The notes beneath the pieces were generated by a model, which saw only the letters and a program-made list of their open reading frames with translations, did not search any database and had not been told where the DNA came from. A stretch of DNA of 64,000 bases from Balanoglossus misakiensis (taxonomy: Eukaryota; Animalia; Hemichordata). A program made the position numbers and the translations under genes. Where the stretch lies: positions 9,537,918 through 9,601,917 of the forward strand of contig CM082595.2 in assembly GCA_040954595.2 (NCBI GenBank), in the 5' to 3' direction. Below, piece by piece: positions 25,101-36,330 of the stretch (its first letter is position 1; every line of letters starts with the position of its first letter).

Positions 25101-27417
25101 TGATATACAACATTACTTGGGTTACCTCATGGAACAAGCAAACCAAAATTTAAATGCAACCTGACCTGACATGGAGTTTCAGAGAAAATGATTTTTGACC
25201 AAAAATGACAAAATTATATTTCCCAAAAATTACAAATTTTGCCACAATTTAAACAATACTAACAAAGATTACCTATAGGAAATAGCTTACTAAATTATAG
25301 ATACAATTCACGATATTAGCTGAAAGTATATCAGGCGTGACATAGGCTACATGCATACAAATGTTCAAAGCAATCTGACCAGTTGTTGAGTTTCTGAGTT
25401 TTGATCAATTTCACATTGCTCCAGGTAATTAGCATATTTCATTTGAACAGGCGTGCCTGCATCTAAAAACCCAATATCAAGACTTACCACACAGACTCTG
25501 TATTGTATGTTTCTGGAGTAATCAAATAAAACCAATCATGAAAATACTTCAACCTTCTTAATATGAACAAAATCCTATTTACAGGCTGGCCTACATCTAC
25601 ACACCAAATATCAAGGGGATACGCGAAGGGGTTTTCAAGTTTTTGATGTGGACAGACATACATACATCCATACATACTACATACACACATACAGAGGCAA
25701 CTGACTGGTCAGAAGGCATGAGCAAAAATGCAGGAAATCAATGTTGTGACACTGGTAGTAGGCCTTAATGTATACAATATCAAGACAGTTTATTTAACAT
25801 GAAGTTTGATATGTTCATAATCATTCAGAGCTAAGCATATTTTGAAATTGTAAAATTAATATCAATCACATGAAAACTGACAGCATGCTTTCATTTGGGA
25901 ATTTAGGTATTGTAATTAACACTAACAGTCATGAAACTATTGAATCGTCAATAAAATCATACAGTAGAAATTAATGGGTTTTCTATTTATATGCGATATG
26001 AAAATGCAACTTGTGGTCCTTCGGCCAGTAAGAGGCATCAGATAATATTGTAAGACCCAGTTGCCCAATTGATTAGACCTACATGTATGCGCTGTGTGAA
26101 GCGCAAGTTATGGCAACTGAATTCACAGGACACTGAAGAAAGTGGAATCACTCAAGGTACATATGTATACATGTAGGCTAACAATCACAACACAGAGAAT
26201 AGTTCTCCATATTCATTTTTAATACGATAAGATTCACTGAATTGGCGCATCCATGGGCAGGCAAGGTTAGTTCCAACTCAGTTTGCAAATCAGGCCCATG
26301 TATCTTGTTCCCTGAGACTGTCTGCTTCTAATAATAGCTGTAAGAACATAATCGTTGACCGAATGGTTGGTTCAATTTTGCAACATTTTATGATTTCAAG
26401 CTGTGCAATATTTGCAACTCAGTTTCAACTTTGGTTGGAGGGATGATGATGAAGCAATTTCACTGACAAAATAGCACTACTAACTGACGTCAATATTTGT
26501 TCAAAGTTAAATGCATTGCTATCAGAAAAATGTATACTAAAAGTTTCGTATGTGAATAATAACACTTTTTCGTATAACTGCAAACCCTGTCACAGTTGTG
26601 AAATTCTAAGAAAATTCATTCATTAGGTAGAATTCGTGCTTTATGAATTCTTAAACAAACTTAGTCATGAAACCTAAATGGTTACCTTACACATGTTGAG
26701 GCTCGACTTCTGTGATATGATAGTCTTTAATTAATGTGTATGTGATTCCATACAAATCCATATGATTACCTGAACATACAAAATAAATTAAAAATAAATA
26801 CATAAATTAAAAATAAATAAGTATCTCATACATATGCATAAGTGCTTGTGAGAAATATATCATATATCTAAATAAACCTGTCATTTATTGACCTCATTTT
26901 CCCAGTAAACCAAAGGACTAAATTGCACTTTAATATTACAGCTTCATTTCAATGCAACAGGTACACTACATCATAAGGGAACAAATATGCCAGCTCAACA
27001 TTTATATAAACAGTGTCAAAATATAAGTGGCTACAAAAGCTTGTGTCCCTTCAATCCATTCTCCCACTCAGGTCAAACGTGTTACATATTAAAATTGCAA
27101 TGTGCATAATATACAATTAGTCTTTTGTAAATTCAGACTGAGAAAATATGACTGATAAACATTATCTGGCACATGTTGGTGAATGGCTGGCGCTGATGTT
27201 GTGGGTTGAAATCCGAACTATGATTATCGCGGGTACAAATCACATTTATTTTCTCAGAGACAACACGTTTGCAACTTCGGGACAGAAAGGTGAAAACGAA
27301 CGTCATTAGTTCTTGGGAAAAAACTCTGAAATCAATTTCGGTGAGGTCAAATGTGTTCCAAAGGCAAACCGTTTCTGGTAAACAAATCAATGGCAAATAG
27401 TTACTTCGGCGACTTAC

Positions 27418-27609
27418 CAATCAATCAACATGGCTGCCAAATCGTTGGATATCCCGGTTTCATCTCGCGATCATTCTATCTTCCGATATGGCGTTGCTTG
27501 GTTAAATTCGCCTCTTCTTTGCCGACATAGTCGGGCGACAGCGGTCCAGAAGCATATGCAGCGACGCCATCTTGTTTACAATGTGAAGTATCAACTGCGC
27601 ATGCTCAAT
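27418..27609 (-). promoter_or_regulatory. CpG-rich promoter/first-exon-like segment facing outward (left copy)
   Basis: NRF1-like GCATGCGCA, YY1-like AAGATGGCG (27565-27573) and splice donor TTG|GTAAGT. Confidence 0.45.
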
Positions 27610-28082
27610 GGTTGTTGATTGGAAAGTGGGCAGAGCCTGCAAGATCCAGGGTTCGCTTGACCGGCCAAACGCGGTTATTCTCCCTAGACCAAATCATTTA
27701 AGCGTCAGGCGTAATACATCACATAATTGACTGGAAAACTAAACAGTCTTCCACCTATATATCAACACAGTTTATTAAACCAGCACCCGCGCAAATATTC
27801 ACAAGTATATGATTAAAATTGATGAAATCATTAATCGCACGGTTACAGCTGTCATAGTTTCTAATAATATTATTCACTGGTAGCGCTGACATACCATGTT
27901 GAAACTTGTCGCGGAAAACAAGATAATTGATCTTACGGTGTCATTTGTTTTTAAAAAGTGCTTAATAACTATTGATCCCATTGATATATTTTTTCCATAT
28001 TTATATATTTTTCGCAAATTTTGACTGCTTGGGCTACTAATAGCATGGTGATCACAATGGATTTACCACCTCCCAGCTGCGT

Positions 28083-28090
28083 TATAAAAG
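28083..28090 (+). promoter_or_regulatory. TATA box
   Basis: TATAAAAG about 59 bp upstream of the ATG of a signal-peptide-like exon. Confidence 0.4.
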
Positions 28091-28141
28091 AATGCCTATT
28101 CTGTGGACACTAGCCTCATCGAAGACCGAACGTGTTCATCG

Positions 28142-28240
28142 ATGTTTCCATTCATGACGAACTCCAATGCAGGCGTCGCAGTCATTCTGGCTTTCACGCT
28201 GTGGGCACCTCTGGTGACAGCAATTCCCAACAAGTTGCGG
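28142..28240 (+). CDS. Putative first coding exon encoding a signal peptide
   Basis: MFPFMTNSNAGVAVILAFTLWAPLVTA-IPNKLR followed by consensus donor CGG|GTAAGT. Confidence 0.45.
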
Positions 28241-28393
28241 GTAAGTAATCACACAACCTATATGAGTGAAAGTTTCTTGTCATTTTCGCAACGTCAAGGT
28301 TGATATTCTCTTCTTGGATCGAAAATGTGTGACACAACAAATGAATCTGCGTGGCAGGGTCGGCTGTGTCTTTTGCTTCGAGGCATAGTCGTC

Positions 28394-29127
28394 TGTCACG
28401 CATCGACGGCTATACGTGAACTAGACAAATCGAATCGAACGATCAAATCTACGAAAATATATTCCACCTGGGGATTTAATTACTAATCATGAAAATATTA
28501 CCCGTACATCAAAATACCATATACAGACATGACAATCAAAACGCCACGTGGTCAAACTTATGAAAATAATCCGTTACAATCTTAACTTATCTTAACTTAA
28601 CTTAAATCTAATAAATAAAGTCCGACAAACATCGTCCTCGTTGGCATGCATGTGGAGTCTGGTAATTCATCCAGGTCTTCCTCCTGTCCGACTTGACCGC
28701 GACGCAGATACTCTTCGTGCACTTGCCAAAGTACACCGAGACGTCACCGCACATTCATTCCACACCAGCAATGTCCATTGACAGATCAAAGTTCCGTACG
28801 GCTAAACGCCCAATTTCAGAACATCTCGACATCAATTCAGTGTAGTGTGCTGGGTTATTAAAATATACCACAGGTTGAGATGAAAAGTGATAGTCAAAAC
28901 TCACATGGTTGGAGGATGTCTATGGATCCAAAATCATACACGTCAAACGCTATGGCTGCCATCCTATCAAATCCCCTAGGAAGTAGTCAGACCAGGTGGT
29001 CCTCAAGACTCCCCAAGCTACTAAAACACACGTATTCAATATACTAAATCTCACCACCGAGGGCGTAAACTCTAGAGAGACAATTACAAGTACATACAAT
29101 TATGCTATATCACAGAATATCGTCACA
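28394..29127 (-). repeat. 3' LTR (734 bp)
   Basis: Direct repeat of 37828-38561; no differences seen by eye. Confidence 0.95.
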
Positions 29128-29304
29128 CCCCCCTTCCAGAACAAGAAATTTTGGTATTGAAGATTCCAAAATTTCTAAGAATTCTAACTCTAGATTTACA
29201 AATACAATATATACTTTTTTTTTTTTACAACTTTAAATATTTTCCTCTTAAGTAGCAAAATATATCTTTCATGAGAGATATATACACCAGTCAATTACAG
29301 TTAA

Positions 29305-31759
29305 TTAATACATACGGGATAAAGCATCGGCGCATACATTATCTTTTCCCCGAATGTGCCTAATCTCCAAGTCATATTCTTGTAACAACAAACTCCAATT
29401 AAGCAATCGTCGATTCTTATTTCTCATCTTATGCAAGAATACCAGCGGATTATGGTCTGTAAAAACTACAACGGATTTCCCAGATGAAGTTACATAGATT
29501 TCAAAGTGCTGAACTGCTAAGACTAAAGCAAGGGCTTCCTTCTCGATAGTAGAGTAATTCTGTTGACAAGAATTAAATTTCCTAGAAAAATAAGCAACTG
29601 AGTGTGCCACATTAGCACCATCAAATTGAAGTAATACAGCCCCAGCTCCCACGTCACTCGCGTCTACATTCAATGCGAATGGTTTGGTAAAGTCGGGTGC
29701 TTTCAACACTGGTACAGTACACAGCAACGATTTGACTTTGTCAAATGATATCTGACATGACGAAGACCATTCAAATTTTCTGCCCTTCTTTAACAAATTG
29801 GTTAGAGGGGCAGCCACTTCAGAAAAGTTTCTACAAAATTTCCTGTAGTAACCGGCCATCCCCAAGAAACGCATTAAACCACGTCGATTTACTGGCACCG
29901 GATATTCAACAATATCTTTAATCTTAGCAGTAAGAGGAGCCACTTCACCTCCCCCCACAATATGGCCTAAATACCTAACTTTAGCCTTTCCGAATTGACA
30001 TTTACTCAAATTTACAGTCAAGTTATCTCGTCGCAATCGGTCAAACAATTTGTCAAGTGATGCTACATGTTCAGACCAAAGTACACCACCATATGAGGCA
30101 ATGTCATCGATATAGGGATCTGTTTCTTTCATCCCTTCTACACATGAATTCATCATTCGTTGAAAAGTAGCTCCAGAATTTTTCATGCCAAAAGGCATAA
30201 CTTTATACTGATACAAACCATCTGGTGTGGCAAAAGCAGATATCTCCTTGGCTCTTTCAGTCAATGGAACACACCAATAACCTTTAAGCAAGTCTAAAGT
30301 AGTTATATACTGTGCTTTACCAATGCGATCTATACAGTCATCAATCCGAGGGATGGGATAAGAATCAGTTTTGGTGATGGCATTAACTTTCCTGTAATCA
30401 GTACAAAATCTTACACCGCCATCAGGCTTATCCACCAAAAGACATGGCGAAGCCCAACAGCTATTGCTAGTTTCGATGATATCATTATTCAACATATATT
30501 TAATTTCACCCCGAATTTTCTCAAGCTTCTCAGGGTTCACCCGATATGGATGTTGTTTGATGGGTCTGGTATTTCCCACATCTACATCATGAAAACACAC
30601 ATTAGTCCTCTTCGGCACATCAGGAAACAAATCGACATACTTATCTAATAACTGACTAATATCTTTCCTGTGGTCAGGTGACAAATGCCCCAATAAAGTA
30701 TCCCGATTACTCAACAGCTCTGAGTTTTTCAATTTTACATCATGGTCGCTCTTAACGTCAGCAACTGCTACATATGTCGAGTCTGTTTCATGATCTACTT
30801 CTGGAGACATTATAGGCAATACATTATGTACATGGTTTTCATTACGATAAAGCTTTAACATGTTTATATGACATAATTGTGTCGCCTTTCGACGATCAGG
30901 AGTTTCAATTACATAATTTACATCATCAACCTTCTCTAGAATTTTATACGGACCATGAAAACGTGCGCTCAAAGCATTTCCGGTTATGGGCAACAACGCT
31001 AATACTTTGTCACCAGGTTTAAAGGCGCGACTCTTCGCTACCCTATCGTACAAGTGTTTCATTTTATTTTGGGATGATTTCAAATTAGCTCGAGCAAGTT
31101 CACATGCCTCACTGAGTCTGGATTTAAATGTGGACACATACTTCAACAAGGTCATACCCGATGGACTGTCGTCAAGCCATTGTTCCTTCAGCAATTTAAG
31201 AGGACCGCGCACTCGATGGCCGAATATCAATTCAAATGGACTAAACCCCAACGACTCCTGAACAGACTCTCGAACTGCAAAAAGCAACAAATGCACCCCT
31301 TCGTCCCAATCCTTGTCATTGTTGAAACAATACACTCGAATCATATTTTTCAAGGTAGAATGGAACCTCTCTAAAGCCCCCTGCGACTCTGGATGATACG
31401 CACTGGATTTAACCTGATTTATCCCCATGTGATAAACTAGCTGCTGAAATAACCCAGACATAAAATTAGTTGCCTGGTCAGATTGAATCTCTCGTGGAAA
31501 TCCAACCCATGCAAAGAAACGTGACAGTGCTCCGGCAATCACTGGAGCCGTTATGTTCCGAAGTGGAATCGCCTCAGGAAAACGCGTAGACATACACATA
31601 ATAGTCAGCAAATACTGATTCCTAGATCTAGTTTTTGGCAGAGGCCCTACACAATCAATCAGAATCTTACTAAACGGTTCATCGAAGGCAGGGATGGGTT
31701 TCAACGGAGCGACAGGAACAGATTGATTAGGTTTTCCGACCAACTGACAAACATGACAA
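29305..31759 (-). pseudogene. Pol C-terminal part: integrase core, then RT and RNase H
   Basis: HVCQLVGKPN..IDCVGPLPKT..SDQ..SQGALERFH (IN); DLLKGYW..MPFG..YIDD (RT); DASDVG..IEKE..TDHNPL..ADALSR (RH). The first ~127 aa of ORF 29305-32142 are only the antisense of the nested element. Confidence 0.93.
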
Positions 31760-31954
31760 TGAGACATTTGAGTACTTTTGTGAATGGCGCCCTCTGTGTC
31801 AAGAGGTGGGAGGTGGGTAGCCTCGTTTTGGAGAGGGAACGCCATCTTGTTTTTGGTGTGTGATTGTAGATGTCGAGCATGGTCTGATGTGAATAAAGAG
31901 TCCATTGAAATACAGTTGTGTGTAGACGTTTCAATGGTGGCAGCGGTGTAAACG

Positions 31955-33148
31955 ATGGCCAAAAAAGTAGAATATTTCACCGGGGAGGAGAGAGGAGAAC
32001 TGGAACCTTGGTTGGATAGATTCGATGCTATCATTGAGGCAGAAGGTAAAGAGAACAAAGCTGCAGCAATAATACGCACGTGTTTGAAAGGAGATGCAGC
32101 GACCGTAATCCAATTGCTGTCGGTAGATGACAAAAAGGACATAGATAAGATAAAGGTAGAGTTGAGAAAACATTTTGGATTGAAGAGAGATGAATTGTCA
32201 GCACAGCGGGAATTTCATTGCCGTAAACTGGAATCCGGGGAGAGCATTGGGAAGTTCGTGCGTTCCCTAAGAAAGCTTGCAATTGAAGGATTTCCCAAAT
32301 GCGTTGGTAGCGGATTAGACTCAATTATCAAAGGTCAGTTTATCGTCGGTCTTCCTAGGGAATTGGGCGACCAGTTATCTGTTGCCTTACACTACAAAGT
32401 TGCCGAAGCGGAGTTAAGTGAGGTCGTGGATTTTGCCACGAACTGCAACCGACGTGGAATACGGCGCACTCTGGTAGAACGACGCAAATTAGATTCTGCA
32501 CCATGGTTGCCATCAGTCTGCTGGCTCCCTGACCCTGCAGCATCCATCCCTTCATTTCCAGTCGGCTCCATTTCCGTCTGACGGTCTGGTACCACACTCC
32601 CCTGGGTGGGTAACACACTCCCCTGGGTTGGTATATTTCCTATACGTGAACTTCCCAAAAGATCCCCATCCTCAGAATCGGAATATATGTTTGAAAGGAG
32701 ATGCAGCGACCGTAATCTGTGCAATGAAATTCCCGCTGTGCTGACAATTCATCTCTCTTCATTTCTGTTTGCCACGAACTGGCAAAAATATCAGACAAAG
32801 GAGAACACTATTTCTGTTGACAACGTCATGCAAGTAGGGGAGGTCGATACAACCGTAAGTAGTGTGGTACGCGAGGCTGTTGAATCTGCAATTTCAAGCT
32901 TAGAGCCAACAATTTCAGCAATGGTTGATGCGCAAGTTAATCGGGTGTACGGAAACCAGAGCAACCAACAAAGAGGTCGTGGTAGAACCAGTCGCTCATC
33001 AACAAGGCCTGCACAGACAACTGGTAAGTGTTTTGAATGTGGACGGTTCGGCCATTTTAGAAGAAACTGTCCTAATCGGTTCCAGTGTTTCAAGTGTCAT
33101 CGTTACGGACATAAGGCAGCCAATTGTCCTGAATTTTACCCAAACTAG
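31955..33148 (+). pseudogene. Gag with two CCHC knuckles, interrupted by a 336-bp composite insertion
   Basis: FTGE..WLDRFD capsid-like start; CFECGRFGHFRRNC and CFKCHRYGHKAANC. ORFs 31955-32581 and 32606-33148 are in the same frame. Confidence 0.85.
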
Positions 33149-33182
33149 TGGGAGGTCGGGGCGCTGGCCAGCCCTTGACCTC
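33139..33182 (+). promoter_or_regulatory. Predicted -1 ribosomal frameshift signal (gag to pol)
   Basis: Slippery C-CCA-AAC immediately before the gag TAG, a 6-nt spacer, then stem GAGGTCGGGG..CCCTTGACCTC; pol lies in the -1 frame. Confidence 0.7.
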
Positions 33183-35091
33183 TGTTGAGAAGACGGCCAT
33201 GGATGGTCTGTGTACTGATGATCTGGTGAGTGGCAATGTTCGGGGGACCCCGGAACTGCCTGTCCGGGGCCTTAGAGCCTGGGGATTGCCACATGACCAG
33301 AATCAGTATCATAGTCAACAAACTGTTACCGAACAACAAATGAACAACGATGAACTCTCACCCCAAATATTAACCACAATGACTTCACGCACATGCGGCG
33401 ACCAATATAGGACTACGGGTATGATAAATGGAGTTGAGACGCCCATATTCGTAGATAGTGGTTCACAAATTACCATAGTCAGAAGTGATCTACCAGCCAT
33501 AAACGGGTTGCCACTGTATCCTGTGAATATTCAGCCAGAAGCAGTTAATGGTACACCCGTATGCTTTGATGGCCAGGTGCAAGTCGATCTTACTGTTCAA
33601 AATTTTGTCATTGGTCCAACATGGGTGTATGTAATGTCTCCAAAGCTCATGCGCAATGAATTCTTGATGGGAACGGATGTTATGGAAAAACTGGGAAGCA
33701 TGGAAGTTGATTTTGTAAAGAAAACTGTGACTTTCAAAGGACTGACACAACCTAATACTTACCTCAGCAAACCTGTAAATAACAAGATGGCGTTCCCTCT
33801 CCAAAACGAGGCTACCCACCTCCCACCTCTTGACACAGAGGGCGCCATTCACAAAAGTACTCAAATGTCTCATAACTTCCCCCCCCTTCCCAAAGGAAAT
33901 CGCTACATTGTAACCATAAATGATGGCTTTAGTAAATTTGTTGTAGCTAAAGCAGTACCCAATCAAGAAAGTTCTACCATAACAGAAATATTCATCAATG
34001 ATTGGTGTTTGTTGTTTGGTCCACCAGAGACATTACACAGTGATCAGGGACGAAATTTCGAAAGTAATCTCCTGTCTGAGGTGTGCAGAATGTTCAACAC
34101 ATCAAAAACAAGAACATCAAGTTACCACCCATCTGGAAATGGACAAACAGAACATTTCAACCTTACTTTGGCTGACATGTTAAAGAACTATGTTAACGAG
34201 TGTCAAGACAATTGGGATGACCATCTACCAAAAGTCATCCACACCTATAACACGAGTGAACATGATGCTACCGGGCATACACCGTATTTCTTACTGTACG
34301 GTCAGGAGGTTAGAACTGCATTGCAGCCAGTACCCACAGACACAGTCAATTCAAGAGGTTTGTGTACAGCCCGGGACAGGGTCAAAGATCATTTTGACAA
34401 ACTCACCAAGGCCAGAAAACTGGTGTATGATAGACTGGCTAAATTGAGAGACAGACGTTGTGAGAAGTCAAAGATAAACAGCCGATTCTGTAAATACAAT
34501 GTTGGTGACAAAGTTATGGTTGCTAACAATGCCAGAAGGAAGGGACGTTCACCTAAACTCAGTGCCCGATGGAATGGTCCTTACATCGTCGTCAAGGTAA
34601 TCAGCGATGTGTTGTACAGGATAAGCCAGGGGGGGGGGGGGGGGCGGAGAAGGAAAGTGATACATCATGATCAACTTCGTCCATACAGAGAGAGGCCAGG
34701 ACATTTATACAGTAAGACGAGTGAGCAGACAATTGATGCTGGTTCGCCTTTGCGAGATCCAGAGGTGTCAACTAATGGTAATGACCAACCGTCAGTTGCC
34801 GATAGTAGTGATTCCGATTCCGATTCTGAGGATGGGGATCTTTTGGGAAGTTCACGTATAGGAAATATACCAACCCAGGGGAGTGTGTTACCCACCCAGG
34901 GGAGTGTGGTACCAGACCGTCAGACGGAAATGGAGCCGACTGGAAATGAAGGGATGGATGCTGCAGGGTCAGGGAGCCAGCAGACTGATGGCAACCATGG
35001 TGCAGAATCTAATTTGCGTCGTTCTACCAGAGTGCGCCGTATTCCACGTCGGTTGCAGGATTATGTACTCACGGAACAGATATCGGACTAA
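33148..35091 (+). CDS. Deleted Pol: protease fused in frame to an N-truncated integrase
   Basis: VDSGS (PR); GNRYIVTINDGFSKF..HSDQGRNFES..YHPSGNGQTEHFN (IN); WNGPY. No RT, RNase H, HHCC or first catalytic Asp. Confidence 0.8.
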   Translation: MGGRGAGQPLTSVEKTAMDGLCTDDLVSGNVRGTPELPVRGLRAWGLPHDQNQYHSQQTVTEQQMNNDELSPQILTTMTSRTCGDQYRTTGMINGVETPIFVDSGSQITIVRSDLPAINGLPLYPVNIQPEAVNGTPVCFDGQVQVDLTVQNFVIGPTWVYVMSPKLMRNEFLMGTDVMEKLGSMEVDFVKKTVTFKGLTQPNTYLSKPVNNKMAFPLQNEATHLPPLDTEGAIHKSTQMSHNFPPLPKGNRYIVTINDGFSKFVVAKAVPNQESSTITEIFINDWCLLFGPPETLHSDQGRNFESNLLSEVCRMFNTSKTRTSSYHPSGNGQTEHFNLTLADMLKNYVNECQDNWDDHLPKVIHTYNTSEHDATGHTPYFLLYGQEVRTALQPVPTDTVNSRGLCTARDRVKDHFDKLTKARKLVYDRLAKLRDRRCEKSKINSRFCKYNVGDKVMVANNARRKGRSPKLSARWNGPYIVVKVISDVLYRISQGGGGGRRRKVIHHDQLRPYRERPGHLYSKTSEQTIDAGSPLRDPEVSTNGNDQPSVADSSDSDSDSEDGDLLGSSRIGNIPTQGSVLPTQGSVVPDRQTEMEPTGNEGMDAAGSGSQQTDGNHGAESNLRRSTRVRRIPRRLQDYVLTEQISD

Positions 35092-35433
35092 AACTGTCTT
35101 TGTTGACTGTCGACTACTGTGTATGAAAAAAATGCATTGATTGTTAAACATTATTTATTTATTTATTTTATTTAATTATTTGCAACAGGCATGGAACACT
35201 TGGACTCTTGAATTTATTCTTGTCACATGTGGACATGTGCAGGGAAGGGGGGGAAGTTAAGAGACATTTGAGTACTTTTGTGAATGGCGCCCTCTGTGTC
35301 AAGAGGTGGGAGGTGGGTAGCCTCGTTTTGGAGAGGGAACGCCATCTTGTTTTTGGTGTGTGATTGTAGATGTCGAGCATGGTCTGATGTGAATAAAGAG
35401 TCCATTGAAATACAGTTGTGTGTAGACGTTTCA

Positions 35434-36330
35434 ACAATTTCTGCAATAATCAGCAACGCTCTTTCTAATTTTTGGCCAATAGAAATGTCGAGTAATTTTC
35501 CACATAGTCTTGGAAACACCCAAGTGTCCACCCATTGGACCCTCATGGGCCAATCCCAAAATCTGAGATCGATAACTTTCAGGAACAACAATTTGGTACA
35601 ATACCGACCATTCATTCGACGCAGGCTCAGTGGGAGGACGCCATTTTCTCATCAGTACTCCCTGATTCACAAAGTAACCCCTTGGAACCTTTTTCAACTC
35701 ATCGACAGACAAAACCACTTCAAACAGTGGAGCAAGATCGGAATCTTTACTCTGTTCTGATATCAATTTCTCACGAGACAGCGACATTTTCGAATCAACT
35801 TTATCGACTGACGTTTTCGAAACATTATCATCAACTTTCAATAAACTTTCATCGTCTACAACATTCGAAATCAACTTTCCCATAAAAGTCTCAGACAAAT
35901 CAAGATCATCAGACATCGATTCTAAATTATGCGCTTCTTTGTTCATGTGCTTGACCTGAGAACGTGTTACGGCACAAGCAGGAAAAATACCGGGAATGTC
36001 ATTCTCCAGCTTTTCGGTTTCGGCAGACGTAACTGGACCAAACACCACTTTAGGATCAGCAATGACCCGACCTCCGGCCAAATCATTGCCTAGCAACAAA
36101 GATATACCTTTAATCGGCAATGACGGTCGAATCCCCACCACTACAGGACCAGACACCAAACTTGAATCAAGGACTACTCGATGAAGAGGTACCGTAAGGA
36201 AATTTCCCTCAATACCTTGTATAATAACTTGCTCCCCAGTATCCGTCCCAGAATCAACAGGCAAAATTCCTTCTAACAGCAAAGACTGGGTTGCACCTGT
36301 GTCCCGCAAGATCCGAATGGGCATAGGTTT
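35434..36330 (-). pseudogene. Gmr1-type protease and integrase zinc-finger part
   Basis: ILRDTGATQS; AHEGPMGGHLG..DYCRNC, continuing at 31759 past the nested element. Confidence 0.9.

Larger units (their letters stand above)
16595..27609. repeat. Left arm of a large inverted duplication
   Basis: Collinear reverse-complement blocks: 16595-17860/54720-56437, 18700-19030/54400-54730, 19540-19820/53620-53860, 22190-24660/51135-53620, 24660-25400/46450-47277, 26200-27609/44098-45310. Confidence 0.9.
31760..35433 (+). mobile_element. Nested non-autonomous Gypsy element lacking RT/RNase H, internally rearranged
   Basis: 174-bp LTRs at 31760-31933 and 35260-35433; PBS TGGTGGCAGCGGTG (tRNA-Leu); PPT AGGGAAGGGGGGG; ACAA(T) duplicated at both ends; it splits host IN motif CRNC|HVC. 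Confidence 0.93.

Noticed and set aside
31760-32142. N-terminal extension of the 945-aa ORF 29305-32142
   Set aside because: It is the antisense reading of the nested element's LTR and gag start, not part of the Gmr1 pol.
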